Shown here: in pieces, positions 62,706-64,000 of the stretch | Numbering within the stretch: position 1 is the first letter of the stretch | How the letters are laid out: each line of letters starts with the position of its first letter | Source: Alphaproteobacteria bacterium | GTDB lineage: Bacteria > Pseudomonadota > Alphaproteobacteria > UBA828 | Assembly (NCBI GenBank): GCA_965221125.1 | Contig: CBDCRW010000006.1 | Span: 800,001 to 864,000, forward strand | DNA: 64,000 nucleotides | Reading direction: 5' to 3' | Made by a program: the position numbers and the translations under genes | Notes under the pieces: model-generated | Databases searched by the model: none | The model's input: only the letters and a program-made list of their open reading frames with translations | Told to the model about the DNA's origin: nothing

Positions 62706-63385
62706 GCCTGCGTCTCCGGCAGCCTGCCGAACAGGAGCCGCCGTTCCCGCCAGACGAGCCAGATTGCGTAGAGTGGCGCCAGCCCTACGCCCGCCAACAG
62801 CAGCACGATCAGGCCGCCGCCCCAGGTGATCGGCCCGATGAAGTACATCGTGTCCTCCAGGTGGAATCCCTTGAACATCGGCTGGCGGGCCTGGCGCGTG
62901 CCGGCGCGCTGCTCGATCCGCCAGAACAGGAAGAACAGCGTCGAGACCGAAACGCCCGCTATCAGGCCGAGCCAGGGTGCCCAGTCGCCGATCCAGCTCC
63001 CCTGCAGGCCGATGCCGATGCAGAGGAAGAGCGCCACGTGGATCACGGCGTCGGAGTAGTTGTCGAAGTGGTAGCCGAAGCGGCTCGACTTGCCGGACAG
63101 CCTGGCCAGCTCGCCGTCCATGTGATCGACGAAGTTCGACAGCATGAAGAGCCCGGCGGCATAGAGGATCTCCGGCCGCGTGCCGGTGGCGAAGAGCCCG
63201 CAGGCCGCGAGCCCGAGCAGCAGCCTGAACGTCGTGATGTGGTTCGGCGTGACCGGCGTGTGCACCAGCGGGCGCACCATCCAGCCGGCGAGCCGCTGGT
63301 CCCACGCCTTGCGCGGCTTCGCCGCCTCGGGCCCAGCCTTCTCCTCGCCGCCGCCGTCCCCAGCGGCCGTCTTGCGTTCGACCAT
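62702..63385 (-). CDS. CDP-alcohol phosphatidyltransferase family protein
   Basis: TPNHIT and DHMDGELAR...SRFG..FD...D signature. Confidence 0.9.
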   Translation of the reverse strand: MVERKTAAGDGGGEEKAGPEAAKPRKAWDQRLAGWMVRPLVHTPVTPNHITTFRLLLGLAACGLFATGTRPEILYAAGLFMLSNFVDHMDGELARLSGKSSRFGYHFDNYSDAVIHVALFLCIGIGLQGSWIGDWAPWLGLIAGVSVSTLFFLFWRIEQRAGTRQARQPMFKGFHLEDTMYFIGPITWGGGLIVLLLAGVGLAPLYAIWLVWRERRLLFGRLPETQA

Positions 63386-63436
63386 GGGCCGTCATATAGC
63401 CCGAAACGGGCCTGAGACAACGCCGGACATTTCGCC

Positions 63437-64000
63437 ATGCGTGCCGTCATCCTCGCCGCCGGCGTCGGCCGGCGCCTCGGGGTCGAGGAGCCCAAGGTGC
63501 TGCTGCGTTTCGGCGGCCGCACGCTGCTGGAGCGCCACCTCGCCATTCTGGCCGCGCTCGACGTTCGCGACGTGACGGTCGGCATCGGCCACGAGGCCCT
63601 CGCCATCGAGCGCGCGCTGGCGTCGCTCGGGCAGACTGACGTTTCCACCATCTACAATCCCGACTACGAGCAGGGCAGCATTCTCACGCTCCGGTGCGTG
63701 CGCGAGGCGCTCACGGCGGGCGGCCCGGTGCTGCTCATGGATGGCGACGTGCTCTACGACCGCCGCGTCCTTGCCCCCCTGGTCGAGACCCGCCATGCCG
63801 ATTGCCTGCTGGTGGACCGCGCCTACGAGCCGGGCGACGAGCCGGTCAAGGTCGGCGTCGAGAGCGGCGTGCCCGTCGATTTCGGCAAGACCATCGACCC
63901 TGCGGTGAACGCCCTGGGCGAATCGGTCGGCTTCTTCCGCCTCGGCGAGGGGACGGCGAACGCGCTGATCGAGACGGCCGGGCGGATGATCGACGGCGGC
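63437..64000 (+). CDS. Nucleotidyltransferase (phosphocholine cytidylyltransferase/LicC-like), partial
   Basis: MRAVILAAGVGRRL...PKVLL, NPDYEQGS, LMDGDVLYD, GESVG; runs off the window end. Confidence 0.88.
   Translation, partial: MRAVILAAGVGRRLGVEEPKVLLRFGGRTLLERHLAILAALDVRDVTVGIGHEALAIERALASLGQTDVSTIYNPDYEQGSILTLRCVREALTAGGPVLLMDGDVLYDRRVLAPLVETRHADCLLVDRAYEPGDEPVKVGVESGVPVDFGKTIDPAVNALGESVGFFRLGEGTANALIETAGRMIDGG

Noticed and set aside
61719-63395. 558-aa CDP-transferase/HpnA fusion
   Set aside because: Two genes in different frames joined by a standard ATGA overlap at 62702-62705.

Overview
High-GC (roughly 70% by eye) alphaproteobacterial chromosome segment, Rhodospirillales-like by gene order. 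It is mostly housekeeping: partial polA, tig-clpP-clpX-lon, tRNA-Leu/Ser/Phe, xth, murA-DUF2948-hisG-hisD-UPF0262-LMWPc-maf-rng, soxBDAG, acpS-lepB-rnc-era, gcrA, yfgM-bamB-der and def-fmt-truA. Interspersed are a Zur-boxed zinc cluster, two amidases, two acyl-CoA ligases and a tungsten aldehyde oxidoreductase (aorABCDE-like) operon. The most unusual items are: (1) a complete 2090-bp ISAs1-family element (55770-57859) whose transposase carries an N-terminal DUF4338/Mom-like GNAT domain and whose perfect 10-bp target duplication is the Shine-Dalgarno sequence of the next gene; (2) an NCS2 permease with an altered substrate motif fused to a degenerate RsbW-like (HATPase) domain, a possible transceptor; (3) a lower-GC two-gene cassette of a retropepsin-like protease and a DUF5678-like partner; (4) a 10-bp-period tandem array and an IHF-site scar after tRNA-Ser; (5) an rnc gene with no canonical start codon; (6) apparently catalytically dead domains in Pol I (3'-5' exonuclease) and trigger factor (PPIase). 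All family assignments come from motif recognition by eye; no database searches were run.
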